Shown: positions 1 through 13,007 of the stretch, piece after piece | Layout: each line of letters begins with the position of its first letter | Position numbering within the stretch: position 1 is the first letter of the stretch | Source: Octopus bimaculoides | Taxonomy: Eukaryota | Assembly (NCBI RefSeq): GCF_001194135.2 | Contig: NC_068981.1 | Span: forward strand, 160,695,166-160,759,165 | DNA length: 64,000 nt | Reading direction: 5' to 3' | The notes under the pieces: generated by a model | What the model was told of the DNA's origin: nothing | What the model saw: only the letters and a program-made list of their open reading frames with translations | Databases searched by the model: none | Position numbers and translations under genes: made by a program

Positions 1-786
1 AGTAATTCTTCTAGGTTTTAAGTGTATGTTTAGAATTTTAGGCTTTTGAACTTCTGAATGTCCTTAATAGAGTTTTTGAAGGAAGGAGTTAAAATCATAG
101 TTCTGGTTGAAGGTGTATATTCTAGGTTTCTCATGTTCCTATTGTCTTTGTGTGGTTTTTAATGATTTAGTGATTATTTTCATGAAATGCTTGATAATGA
201 CTTTAATTGCTATGGAAGAATATATTGTTTGATTTTTGTTGTTATTCATGCATTCTCCAAATTGGAATACACAACTAAACATGACTTCTCTATTTTTTGT
301 AACTCTTAACTTTTTTTTTTCGATTACATGTCTTAAACAAAGAAGATGGCAACACTGCCAAAGAAAAATTTAGTTTAGGGTTTACATGAAGAAGAGAAAT
401 GATTGAAAAAAAATTGAATTTTCAAATTGTTTTTTCTACACAGCTATAATTTCCATTGTTTAAAACACAAAAAAGCTGAAAATGATTGATTTTCTAAATA
501 GATTAAAAGCAAAAGGATCATCATCATTGTCATCGCTGCCACCACCACCATCAGCTGTTGGTTTGTTTACATTCCTGTAATCTAGCAGTTTGGCTAAAGA
601 AGCCAATAGAATAAGAACTGGGGTTGATTTGTTTGACTCAACCNNNNNNNNNNNNNNNNNNNNNNNNNNNNNNNNNNNNNNNNNAAACAAATAAACGAAA
701 GATATAATACTTTATACATTTCATACAATTTATATTTTTAAATTTCAAAATATGACAAGTAAAATATTTTAAAATTTCAACTGCAG

Positions 787-3700
787 GCCATACCAAAAGT
801 GTTGAAGTGGTGATATTTTCTCCAGATTCAAATCTGCTATGTTCTGGTTCATGGGACAGATTAGCAATTGTTTGGAATTTAGAGGTAAGCATAAAAATTC
901 ACGTTACATACAAAGGTTTGTTTTGTTGTGTGGGTGTATGCATGTGGTGTGTGTGGGTGTGTGTATGTGTGTGCATATGTGCATGTGAGGGGGTGTTCCA
1001 CCTTTGGTCATGAATGACCATGGGATTGCACCTAGCTTTTCTTATCATCAAGTCACATGACCCAGTTGTTAACCAAATTAGTTGCAGGTATTGGTTGGTT
1101 TTAGCTGTCCAATCGTATGTTTGCAATAGAGTTTGTTCCCAACGAGGGAAAAAGCATTTTTACCTGTAGAGCCTACCCATGGTTATAAAAATACAAGTTT
1201 CTCCCATTCTTAGTCTTTGAACCAGAGTGTGTGTGTGTATATGGTCATGTGTTTCCTTCTGATGGAAACACATGACCATATACACACACACACATGCATA
1301 CTCACAAAGACACATATGGAGACATACATGCATACATAACAGACACACGTATATAATCACATAAACCCATACACACTCAAACATGCACACATAAGGAGAC
1401 AGAGGTACACACACACACATGAATATGCAGAATACATACATATGTGCATACACAAGCACACATGCACAAAAACAGATAAAAGAGAATGCAGCTCCAATAA
1501 TGGACAGAGTCAACATCCATTGACAAGGTTGAAAAAGCAATGAAATTTTTGGAAGAAAATGTATAATAAACGAATGGAAATCGAACCGGTGTGTGTATTA
1601 GATAATATGGCATTAAGACAATGATTCTCCCCATACACAACAAAATTTGTTTCAACATACGAATTTACGTAAAGAATCTTGCAAACCAGATTAAAAAAAA
1701 AAAAAAAGAAGACGAAGTAGAAAAGAGGTAATTTCAAGAATAAATCGTCCTGGAAATTAAATTCATGGGAGGTAACTCTTGATAATTGCAACATATAGCG
1801 CTAATGCTGGCTAAAATAAATTAAAATGAAAGAATTTTTAAGTGCTATTTTCTTTTTTACATGTGCTAGTGAAAACAAAAACGAACAAATATAAATAGTC
1901 GATACAATTTGTAAAATAGCATAATTCGTGTGTTGTAAGGCAGTAGCATAGCTAGAGGAAGGAGTGAAACAGTTCTCTGCCCTGGGCGACTCTTTTATGA
2001 AGATAGCACTTTTGGATCTCCTGTAAAAGCTTGAATAAGCTTGCTTGTGGTCCTGGCAGACTCAAAGGCTGCAAAGTAGGCACACTCTAGTTAAGTCACT
2101 GCTGTAAGATAAAGGGAGTTAATCAAATGTGAGCACCATTAATTGAGAAGTTAACTTCATTAACTGTTAATCCATTAATCAAAAAGTTAACTTTGATAAC
2201 CGTTAATCAGTTAATTATTTCCTAATGTAATGGAAGTTATCGATAAACTGTTAACGTTAATTTTTATTAAAGAAAAAAAATTTTTTAAATCAGTTTTTGC
2301 TCTAAAACCACATAAAAACACCTTTAAAAAGTGCCAAAACTATAAAAATCCATTAACTTCAATTGAATTGAAGTCAATGGTAGTTAACTCAACTTGACTT
2401 CAGTTAAGTTAAATGTAACGGAAGTTAATTAGTCCTGATGACGATTTCCGAAGTTAACTTAAAAGTTAAATCGTTAACGAAAATGTTAACTTTGTTAATT
2501 AACGATTAACGGTGTGGTGCCCAGGTTTAGAGTTAACCATATAAACTATTGCTTTTTGTGTAGTAAATTGTTAGTTTTTGGGAATGGAGCAAAGTAGTTA
2601 AAAAACGAAACTCAGTAAACCATGTCAAATTGGCACTAATCCAACACTGAGGAACAACAGTTGGCATTTCCTTCTTAATAATGGCACAACTCTTAGTAAC
2701 CTTTTTAGTGTTTCTGATCTGATTCTTTGATACTCTTAATATTAAAGCAAGTTATAAATATTCAACAACCTAGTCCTCAAATCATAGATGAAATTTGGAA
2801 GACAAAAGGATGAACACAACTCTATTTTTTTCTCTACATTACTATCTTTTAATGTATAGAAACATAACTATTATAAAATTAAAGAAGTGATTTTAAATTC
2901 TCAATCGCAGAATAATGCTAATAATGTAGCCTGAACAGGATAAACTACCCCTATTTTGCAGAAAAAAGTGTAGGTGGCTAGCTGTGGACACGAACTCACA
3001 TCCCCGTGTTATAAATCAGCTCACTTATTTTAACCTTTTGTCTTTTTCAGTTATGCCAAGCAATAATTCTGTTAACTGGACACAATGGACTGGTACAATC
3101 AGCTGCATTTTCAGCCACAACAAAATGGATAGTAAGTTGCATCTCTCTGCATATATATTTTATTTTTGATGCTTAGCCCCTGGTCAGTTCTGACTGATTA
3201 GTTCTATGATCAAAAGTATACCAACAGAACTACCTCATCCTCTCAAACTTGCATTTTTAGGTCTATATTATCCCTTCATATTCAAGAAAGCAGAGTTATT
3301 TGAGAGAGATTTAATTGATATTTCAAGTAAGTGTCCACATTCATTTGTCTCTCTCTCTGTCTCTTGCACATACTATTAATAATGATTGTACTTTGACTTA
3401 TTAGTATGCTTGTTTACATGGAGAAGCAATGGCCCATAGGATCGCGGTTTCGATTCCAAGACCGGGCGTTGTGAGTGTTTATTGAGTGAAAACACCTAAA
3501 GCTCCACGAGGCTCCGGCACGGGGATGGTGGCGAACCCTGCTGTACTCTTTCACCACAACTTTCTCTCACTCTTACTTCCTGTTTCTGTTGTGCCTGTAA
3601 TTCAAAGGGTCAGCCTTGTCACACTGTGTCACGCTGAATATTCCTGAGAACTGCGTTAAGAGTACACGTGTCTGTGGAGTGCTCAGCCACTTGCACGTTA

Positions 3701-6700
3701 ATTTCACGAGCAGGCTGTTCCGTTGATCGGATCAACTGGAACCCTTGACGTAAGCGATGCAGTGCCAACACACACATGCTTGTTAACACAATTCAGATAA
3801 AAATACTTCAATGCTACTTTGGCATGTGATCCACACTTTAAAGGGAGACTACTTTAGCTTACTTTTCAATTTCTAAAACCCTTAAGCGTTTGGTTAAAGA
3901 TTTTTACAATGGTGACCATGTCGTCATTGTGGTGGAGAAATGATGAAGAGATGAGAAAAAAACGATGAAATTTTGCCAACTTCTTGCTGCAAAGCTCATG
4001 GCTGTCAAACTTGTGTCATCTATGTGCTTATTTTAATTGTAATATTGTTTATTCTTGGCTTATTATTATTATTTACTAAGACATAAATGAAACATGGTTT
4101 TATTATTATTAAAATAGTAAGAATTTTGAAAAATACATTTACAATGCTAAGTATGTACAAAAGAATTTTTAAAAATTTGAAAAGCAATTTGATAATAAAG
4201 ATGAAACATAAATTTGAATAATTTTATTCATGAATTGAGCATGCATCTGCTAGAAATGCAAGAGCATCTTAAAGGTTTTTAGAAATTTAAAACTAAACTA
4301 AAAAGTAGCCTAAAGTAATCACCCTTTAAATTGTAGATCACACACCAAAGTAGCCCCAGTACTTCTTTGTTTTAAAATACACACAGTTTATTATTGTTAC
4401 ATCAGTCACAACTAATCATTAACTGACTGATAATCTACTGATTGGAAAATTAGTAAATTTTATCCCCCCTTTTTGTCACTGTACTGTCCAGACAAAGTGA
4501 TTTATCTATCACTGTTAATAGTTTCCATGAAAGGTACAGTTCACTGTGTACAGAACAGAAGTGACTACTGTTTTATTATCTCCTATTCTTGAATTCTTCC
4601 TTTGGCTTGAATAAGGATCAACTAAGCTACTCCAATGTATTTTTACTTGAATCAATACATGGGGATGAAACTTCTATGTAGTGAGAAATTATGACAATAT
4701 CTATTGTGTGCATGTAAATATATATTATCATGTACTGAAATCATTCTCATATTCTGTGCATAACAGATTGTTTATGAGGTTAGAGTGCATCTTATTTGTA
4801 TATTCGGCCTGTATAGAACTAAGGAGGCTTGACTAATATCATGATAGTTTGGTTCTTAATCATGTGATTTCATTAACTTTGGTTTTAATCTACAACCATT
4901 TCTGTAGAAGATTAACTTGGTATTTTTTTTAATACTTCTTTGAATCATTAGACCGCAGCCATACTGGAGCACTGCCTTGAAGAATTTTTTATTGAATGAA
5001 TTGACCCCAGTACTTCTTCTATTGGTCTCTTTTGCTGAAGTTCTAAGGCCTACAATTGTAGGCCTCATTAAAAATGTTAATAAATTAATTTATATCCATT
5101 AAATCTCTCCATTTTCTTACTTAATGATATTTGATATGTATATTATACCTATTTTTATACTGAAGGTATATTTCTCAACAATATGATATATTAAACCAGT
5201 GTGACTTGGATGAAACCATCTCCATAAGAGGTTTATGTCCTCAAAGTGACACCAACACCAGTTGTCAAGAATTGGTGGGTGACAAAGACACACATATGTC
5301 TATATATATATATATAATACAAAGAATATATATACATGTATACACACATATATGTACATACTTACATCTACATGTGTATATACATGCATATCAGGGTACA
5401 GGACGTTAGAACAATAAACCACAGACAACGGAACAAACACATAGGAAAACGGAAAGCCCCTTGGAATATCCCTTCATCAGCTGTCTCTATTCTATCCAGA
5501 CGTTTCGAATATATATATATATATTGTGATCTATNNNNNNNNNNNNNNNNNNNNNNNNNNNNNNNNNNNNNNNNNNNNNNNNNNNNNNNNNNNNNNNNNN
5601 NNNNNNNNNNNNNNNNNNNNNNNNNNNNNNNNNNNNNNNNNNNNNNNNNNNNNNNNNNNNNNNNNNNNNNNNNNNNNNNNNNNNNNNNNNNNNNNNNNNN
5701 NNNNNNNNNNNNNNNNNNNNNNNNNNNNNNNNNNNNNNNNNNNNNNNNNNNNNNNNNNNNNNNNNNNNNNNNNNNNNNNNNNNNNNNNNNNNNNNNNNNN
5801 NNNNNNNNNNNNNNNNNNNNNNNNNNNNNNNNNNNNNNNNNNNNNNNNNNNNNNNNNNNNNNNNNNNNNNNNNATTTTTTCGGTAATTTTAAATGTCTTG
5901 CCCGCTTACACTTTGGTATTCCGCTGAATTTCGTTTTGAGAACAATTTAGGTCTTAGTAGACACAAGATGTGATCTATTTCTAGCACATTAAATGTCCAC
6001 GTTATATATAAAACTATATATATATATATATATATACACAGGACCGCTTGACTGGCCTTTGTACCGGTGGCACGTAAAAGCACCCACTACACTCTCGGAG
6101 TGGTTGGTGTTAGGAAGGGCATCCAGCCGTAGAAACTCTGCCAAATAAGATTGGAGCCTGGTGTAGCCATCTGGTTCACCAGTCCTCAGTCAAATCGTCC
6201 AACCCATGCTAGCATGGAAAGCGGACGTTAAACGATGATGATGATACACACACATACACATATATCCTTTACTCATTTCAGTCGTTAGACTGTGGCCATG
6301 CTAGGGTACCACCTTGAGGAATTTATTTTTTTCTTTAAGCCTGGTATTTATTCTACTGGTCTCTTTTGCTGAAGTTGTGGGGATGAAACACACCAACACC
6401 AGTTGTCAAGCAGTGGTGGTGGGCAAACATAGACACAAATATATATATATCAAATATTATTAAGTAAGGAAGTGGAGATTTAATGGATATAAATGAATTT
6501 ATTAACATTTTTAATAAGGGCTACAATTGTTTCAATTCACTCTCAATACAAATTACAAAATAAGTTTGCATTTTGAATATTTAGAGTAAAATATCTTCAG
6601 GGCCAATAACATTAAGGCAACTACATGTTGATTAATTGATATTCTTCAACAGACTAAGTAGATGAAAATACGTTTAATTTGTGTGTGTGTGTTAATAATT

Positions 6701-9700
6701 TTATGTATATAATATATATATTTTTATAGTTAAATAAAATTATTAATACACACAAAAAAATTAAACGTATTTTCATCTACTTAGTCTGTTGGAGAATCTC
6801 AATTGATCAACATGTAGTTTCCTTAATGTCTATTGGCCCTGAAGATATTTTACTCTAAATATTCAAAATGCAAACTTATTTTATTCTATAGGTTTGTAAT
6901 TTGTATTGAGTGTGAATTGAAACAATTGTAGGCCTTATTAAAAATGTTAATAAATTCATTTATACCCATTAAATCTCTCCATTTTCTTACTTAATGATAT
7001 TTGATATTTATGATATACCAATTTTTATATTGAAGATATATTTCTCAACAATATGACTTGTCACATCCAAGTCACAACAAGTGTGACTTGGATGAAACCA
7101 TCTCTATAAGAGGTTTATGTATCCTCGAAGTGACTATATATATATATATATACAATGGGCTTCTTTCACTTTCGGTCTCACAAGGCTTTGGTTGGCTTAA
7201 GGCTATAGTAGAAGACACTTGTCCAAGGTGCCACGCAGTGGGATTGAGTCTGGAACCATATGGTTAGGAAGCAAGCTTCTTACCACACAGCCATGCCTGC
7301 ACTTACAGGCCTTTGTTTGTACACACATAATTGTTTTATCTTGTTTTCTTAAGAATTACAAAAGATGTAAATGATTAAATTCCTTATAATTTTTTGCTTT
7401 GTTAAATCTGCATTAAAGGCAACTGGATCTTGGGATTTTTGCATTCGAATTTGGAATTTGGATGAAGAATCTTCTAAAGAGAATGCATCTAATATGAACC
7501 AATTGTCAAAATCTGATTTGAAGAAAAAGAAGAATCTGAAAGCTGATGTATTCCCATTAAAACCCAAACCAAATCATCTTCTTCAGAAGCACAAAGGAAA
7601 TGTTCATACTGTGGCATTCTCTGGAAATGATGTACTGGTAAACATATTCAATGTAAAATCACTCAAACAGTATAAAAGTAGATTGAAATAAGAACAATTT
7701 ATACATTTCTGATGACAATAGTACAAATAAAATACAGAAGTAATTTCTTTTCTTTACTGTCAGAGCATGGTGGAGAAAAGGAAGTATAAAACCATGACTT
7801 GGGGTTTGTCCTTATACTAGTAACATCTTTGAATGCTTCCAACAGAATGGACTCCAGTAAAAAGGCACCCAGGGGCTAGAGTTAATCCATTAGCATTCAG
7901 ATTACTCTGTCAAATGTAATGCCTTTTATTCACATTGTTTAAAACTAATCAGGCATTATCTCCTAGCTTCAAGATTTTGATGATATAATTATTTTTAAAA
8001 TGACATTGTAGGGTAGGTGTGAGAGGCCAGATCTGGCCGATTTGAACATAAAACAGGTGGAATATTTTAGCCAGGTGTGGCTGGTTGAAATACTAAATGG
8101 TTAAATCTGAAAATACTTTAGGTCTGTTCTCCTCAGTCCTCCCAATTAAACCACACAACACTTTGGTTAACTAAGTGGGATCAACTCTAGAAAAAACTAC
8201 GTTAGTGAAGCAAACTTCTTATCTAGGAATTCTAATTTTGGCACAAGGCCAGCAATTTTAAGGGAAGGGGCGTGCTTATTACATCAACCCCAGTACTTGA
8301 CTGTTACTTTATTGTATTGACTTTGAAAGAATGAAAGGCAAAGTTGACCTTGGCAGAAAATCTAAAGAGCCAGAAGAAATGCTACTAAGCTTTTTGTCTG
8401 TGGTCACAATTTTGCTGGCTCGTTGCCATAACTTGGTATGTATAATAAATGAATGACAATAACCTTGATGACAAATTGTAATTTTTTCCTTAATAAATCT
8501 ATGCTTAGTATGGGTTATATATTTCCTAAGAAAGTTGATTTCTTCCTCATATTGGATAAACTGTCTCCATCATATATCCTCCGAACATACTTTTAGATTA
8601 AGTAAATTAACCAATTATGCTTGTCTGGATCAGTGGTTCTCAACTGGGATCCATATAAGATTTTGTTGTTAAAAATTATGTGCAATAAATTGGTTATACT
8701 TCTACAATACACAAAATATTTTAAGAATTTTTAAAATTACAATTCCTAATATTTAATTATAAAAATATAATTGGACTTTTTAAACCACTGAATAGCTATG
8801 GAGGTCCAGTTAATTAAAATATGAATCAGAGGCATCCATAGGCAAAAAAATTATTGAGAACCACTGGTCTAGATTATCAGGCTTGTAGTATGGACACACA
8901 GTCTTAGTTTAAATTCTCTGTGATTCTGATTCACTTTGCTTACAAAATATATACAGGTTGTTTAACATAAGGTCAGGCTCTGATGAAGCAAAGACATTCC
9001 ACTTTTTTTTTCAGATATACTGTGTCTGGGACTACACTATCTAATGTATCTTTTTTTGTAAAGATATTTGAGAGATTTAACTGTTATTTTAGCAGGTCTA
9101 GAGACTTCTTTGTTGTTTAACCTTAAGGTGGCCTTGATCAAGCTATGACTATCTTTTTCGTTTTTCAGGAATAACATAAATGTACCCAGGACAATATTAT
9201 TCAATTTGTCCTTTTTAAAGAGGTCTCAATTTTAGGAAAATTTGGTATGGTTAATTAGAGCTCCCTTCATTATCTCAAATATTTACCAGTGAAAAAACAA
9301 AAAGCACACTAAATATAATGCCCCCGTGACAATTCAATGTCCTTAATTCTCTCATTTCTCATTGTGAAGGCAAGTGGTTCCTGGGACAAAACAGTATGCT
9401 TGTGGGATCCTCTGAAGGGTCAGCTACTACACTGTCTTCAAGGACATGATGGCTGGGTACAAGTTGTAGCATTTTCTCATGATAATCTCTATGTGGCAAG
9501 TGCATGTGAAGATGACACCATACGAATTTGGGTTGTTGAAAATGGGAAATGCTGCAAGGTTCTTGCGGTGAGTCCATTAACCAGTTTACAGCAGTGCACC
9601 ATCACACATTTTTCTTTTTTTCTATGCTATCCGTAAATAGAACAGGTCAGTAATGGATTTCAAACTCATCCGTTTCTGAAACTATTAAACATTTTCTGAT

Positions 9701-10353
9701 CTGACTAAATCTCACTATTTTTTGGTATCTGTAACTTTCCATTCATTATAATGGATGATACATCATTTTCACAAATCTTGTTGGGTAAATAGTTATTGTT
9801 TATCCATGTTGGTATGAGTTAGACAAAACTTATTGATGCAGATTTTCTACAGCTGCTCCTGTCACTAATCCTCACTATGGTTGTGTGGCTACAAAGTTCA
9901 CTTTGCAGCCACATTGTTCCATGCTCAAACCCTCTGTATGACACCTTACGAGTTTTGTCTTTAACCAACCAATGCCTTGAGTGGAACAGGTAAAACCCTT
10001 TGGCCTTTTGTGTATAGATAGTTCGGGTAAATCCCAGCTGTCTCTTCTGTGAAGCATATCTGCTTATTCCTTACATGTCTATATAACATGTAAATCTTTG
10101 ATATTTACATAATTCCAGGTGGTAAACATGACAATTTCCTAAATTCACCTTCCATCAAGAAGCTTCAATCTTTTCTCTGTAAAATTTATTGATGTGGAGA
10201 TATGATTAAATAACACACAAGTATATTAACATATTCAATTGCTCTTTTTTGCAGGCTAAAACAGAAACAGTACAGCTGTGTGTTTTCACTCCACATGGTA
10301 CTCTTTTAACATCAGGAACTAACAGTGCAACAGGTTCCTTCCACACACATTAA
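787..10353 (+). CDS. WDR38: WD repeat-containing protein 38-like, 5'-partial. Exons 787-884, 3051-3131, 7419-7637, 9370-9567, 10255-10353 (stop TAA)
   Basis: All introns GT-AG and in frame: GHTKSVEVVIFSPDSNLLCSGSWDRLAIVWNLE|LCQAIILLTGHNGLVQSAAFSATTKWI|ATGSWDFCIRIWNL...HKGNVHTVAFSGNDVL|ASGSWDKTVCLWDP...GHDGWVQVVAFS...GKCCKVLA|AKTETVQLCVFTPHGTLLTSG...H*. The repeats match my recollection of human WDR38 in order (GHQRSVETVSFSPDS, ATGSWDSTVHIW, ASGSWDKTIHIW, CAFTPDGKILVSG). N-terminal exons lie upstream of the window. Confidence 0.85.
2129..2526. mobile_element. Probable non-autonomous DNA transposon/MITE rich in GTTAAC/AAGTTAA subterminal repeats
   Basis: Many GTTAA(C/T) motifs in both halves. 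Imperfect inverted ends: GAGCACCATTAAT versus ATTAACGGTGTGGTGCCC. Confidence 0.45.
3425..3770 (+). mobile_element. tRNA-derived SINE
   Basis: B-box-like GGTTTCGATTCC at 3446. The head and centre recur, inverted, at 54200-54360. Confidence 0.7.
6040..6245 (+). mobile_element. RTE-LINE 3'-end repeat with (GAT)n tail
   Basis: ...CCAACCCATGCTAGCATGGAAAGCGGACGTTAAACGATGATGAT. The same family occurs more than 15 times in the window. Confidence 0.8.
6449..7005. mobile_element. Foldback element: long inverted repeat with ~250-bp arms and a ~30-nt AT loop (6705-6733)
   Basis: The left arm ATCAAATATTATTAAGTAAGG...GTTAATAATTTTAT is the reverse complement, with few mismatches, of ATAAAATTATTAATAC...CTTACTTAATGATATTTGAT. 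Confidence 0.9.
7153..7302 (-). mobile_element. tRNA/CORE-type SINE (OR2-like). Further copies at 9875-10000(+), 28005-28140(-), 40415-40565(-), 53905-54075(+), 55380-55520(-), 58095-58250(-)
   Basis: Minus strand: GGCTGTGTGGTAAGAAGCTTGCTTCC (A box) ... GTGGCACCTTGGACAAGTGTCTTCTACTATAGCC, similar to the CORE domain. The family name is recalled, not searched. Confidence 0.7.
8631..8866. mobile_element. hAT (Charlie-like) MITE
   Basis: TIRs CAGTGGTTCTCAA / TTGAGAACCACTG; 8-bp TSD GTCTGGAT / GTCTAGAT. Confidence 0.85.
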
Positions 10354-10358
10354 AGCAA

Positions 10359-10364
10359 AATAAA
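10359..10364 (+). terminator. AATAAA polyadenylation signal of the WDR38-like gene
   Basis: AATAAA 6 nt after the TAA stop at 10351-10353. Confidence 0.6.
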
Positions 10365-10862
10365 ATTGTACAAAACATAAAATTACTTGTTCCTTATTGT
10401 TTCAGTCCACCACTCACACCCAACAAAAATCTCAAACTACAGGAAAATTCCCCTCTAGATCAATCGATACCCCACCACTTATTTTATATTTCTTGTACCT
10501 ATCTAGAAAATAACTGCAAGAGGTCAAAATTTATAAAATAGATTATATAACACTATTTAAATAGATGTTAATTACACCTCCACACCAAAATCTGTGACCA
10601 TGCGTTAATGTTATTTATTTCTATATGAAGTAATCAAAGTTTGAAACTGAACATTAAGTATGAAGAAAATTTGTCCAGACACCATTTGCATTAATTCATT
10701 TCACAGCTGCACACCCAATTAAATGGGAGAATGGTTTGACTAGGCAAGAAAACAGTTGAGTTGAACAAATGCAATGAAGAACCTCATTTTTACAATTTTG
10801 GTACTTCTCACATCAATTTAAGGAAAGGATGAAAATACAAAAGAACATTTTTTCCATTTCAA

Positions 10863-10868
10863 TTTATT
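10863..10868 (-). terminator. AATAAA polyadenylation signal of RPS18
   Basis: TTTATT on +, about 15 nt past the RPS18 stop (10883-10885). Confidence 0.75.
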
Positions 10869-10882
10869 TTAAAAGAATACAT

Positions 10883-12956
10883 TTACTTCTTCTTGGCCAC
10901 ACCAACAGTCCTACCACGACGACCAGTTGTTTTAGTGTGCTGACCTCGGACACGCAAACTAAAAACAGAAAAGAAAAGAAAAGTTTGTTACATAATCAAG
11001 ACCACATTGTGATGTTCCAACAAGTAACTTCAAAACATCTGCATGAGAATTCTGACATTTCATAAATAAAAAGAAATCCACACTAGTCATTATTATTGCA
11101 GTATTAAGTTCATGTACTTCTTTTTGTGATGCCTGACCACTCAATATAGTTCAAACCATGCTAGATGTATGTCTCTAGAGAGGAAACACCCAAAACCTTG
11201 TTAATCAAACAAACCAGGGGCATGAGATTCTATTCTTGCTTTCAGAACAAAATGATTTTTTTTCACCCCATTTAAGCAATGATTCTAAATTCCCCAATAT
11301 AAAAAAAATGGATACAACTACCATGGCAAGCAGACTAACAATATTTAACAGATTTCTTCAAAATATCTGATTAAGTTCACTTATAGATAAGTCATCCATG
11401 TCAGCTAAACATATGCTATTTAGCAGTTGTATGCTGTCAACTTAATGTGACAGTCCCCTGAAGGGAATAATACTACACTACTGCATAAATCTGAGAGATT
11501 TAGAAATGTATTATTTCATCATCATCATTTAACGTCCGCTTTCCATGCTAGCATGGGTTGGACGATTTGACTGGGGACTGACGAACCAGATGGCTACACT
11601 AGACTCCAATCTGATCTGGCAGAGTTTCTACAGCNNNNNNNNNNGGGACTGACGAACCAGATGGCTACACTAGACTCCAATCTGATCTGGCAGAGTTTCT
11701 ACAGCTAGATGCCCTTCCTAACGCCAACCACTCTGAGAGTGTAGTGGGTGTTTTTTATGTGCCACCAGCACGAGGGCCAGCCCGGCAGTACTGGCAACGG
11801 CCACGCTCAAATGGTGTTTTTTTTTATGTGCCACATGCACAGGAGTCAGTCCAATGTTTTGTTCACATGCCACCGGCACAAGTGCCAGTAAGGCAAAGCT
11901 GAAAATGATCACGCTGCTCTGGCAGTGATCCCGCTCGGATGGTGCTGCTAGCGCTCCACTAGCATGGGTGCCAGTCACTTTTACAGAACCAGACTCCCCC
12001 AACACCCAATCTTAGCAACTACTTAGCATATCAGCAACATGCTATCTTAAAACATTTTCAATTAAAAATATACTGACCCCCAGAAATGACGTAGACCACG
12101 ATGTGCTCTGATCTTTTTTAACCTCTCCAAATCTTCACGCAACTTGTTGTCAAGAGCATTTGCCATAATTTGGCTGTATTTTCCATCTTTGATGTCCTTC
12201 TGTCTGTTAAGGAACCAGTCTGGAATTTTGTACTGACGAGGGTTTGACATGACTGTTAAAACTCTATCAACCTGAAAAAAAAAAAAAAAAAAAAAAAAAA
12301 AACAGCATTATTAACACAACTCTGAAATAGAATAGTTGACATCAAAGTATAATTATGGAAAGGGCAGTATCCCCTCATGAACAGTTGTCAAATTCAATTT
12401 AGATGCAGGCAACTACACTGTAATGAAGTCAAATTACAAATTATCAAAAACTAAATCTTTGGTTCATGAATAACAGGATACAAAATGAAATTTACATTTT
12501 AAATTATGAATTATATATACAAGGTTCCTTGGTATAAGCTTTCTTTATCTCTCCTTTTTAGCTTGCCTAAGATTTGTACTGCTTTCACCCCACTCATCAA
12601 TCATATAAATGTTTATTGTTGAAAACCTGGTCACATGGAGGCTCTGAATGTCATCAACATTTAACATCCATGTTCCGATGGATCTTTTCACCCACCAGCA
12701 CTATTGAGGTTGGTTTATGTCAGTGGATAAGGGGAAGGAGACACAATGCATGTTCGTGTAGGGGAGCTACATAGCCACTCCAATTTTCTGGAAAAGGGTG
12801 AGAAGGGGAAAACATAAAATTCTTCATAGGAAAATCACAAAGAAAAAACTGGAATTCTTACCTCCTCTTCTGTCATTTCACCAGCACGTTTATTTAAATC
12901 AATATTGGCCTTTTTACAAACTACATTGGCAAATCGTCGTCCAATTCCCTAAACAA

Positions 12957-13007
<51 letters not shown>

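Noticed and set aside
12720-12790. Plus-strand resemblance to U17/SNORA73 (GTGGATA, GTAGGGGAGC)
   Set aside because: Antisense to the host gene and lacks the m1 (AUAUUCCUA) and m2 (AAACCAU) motifs.
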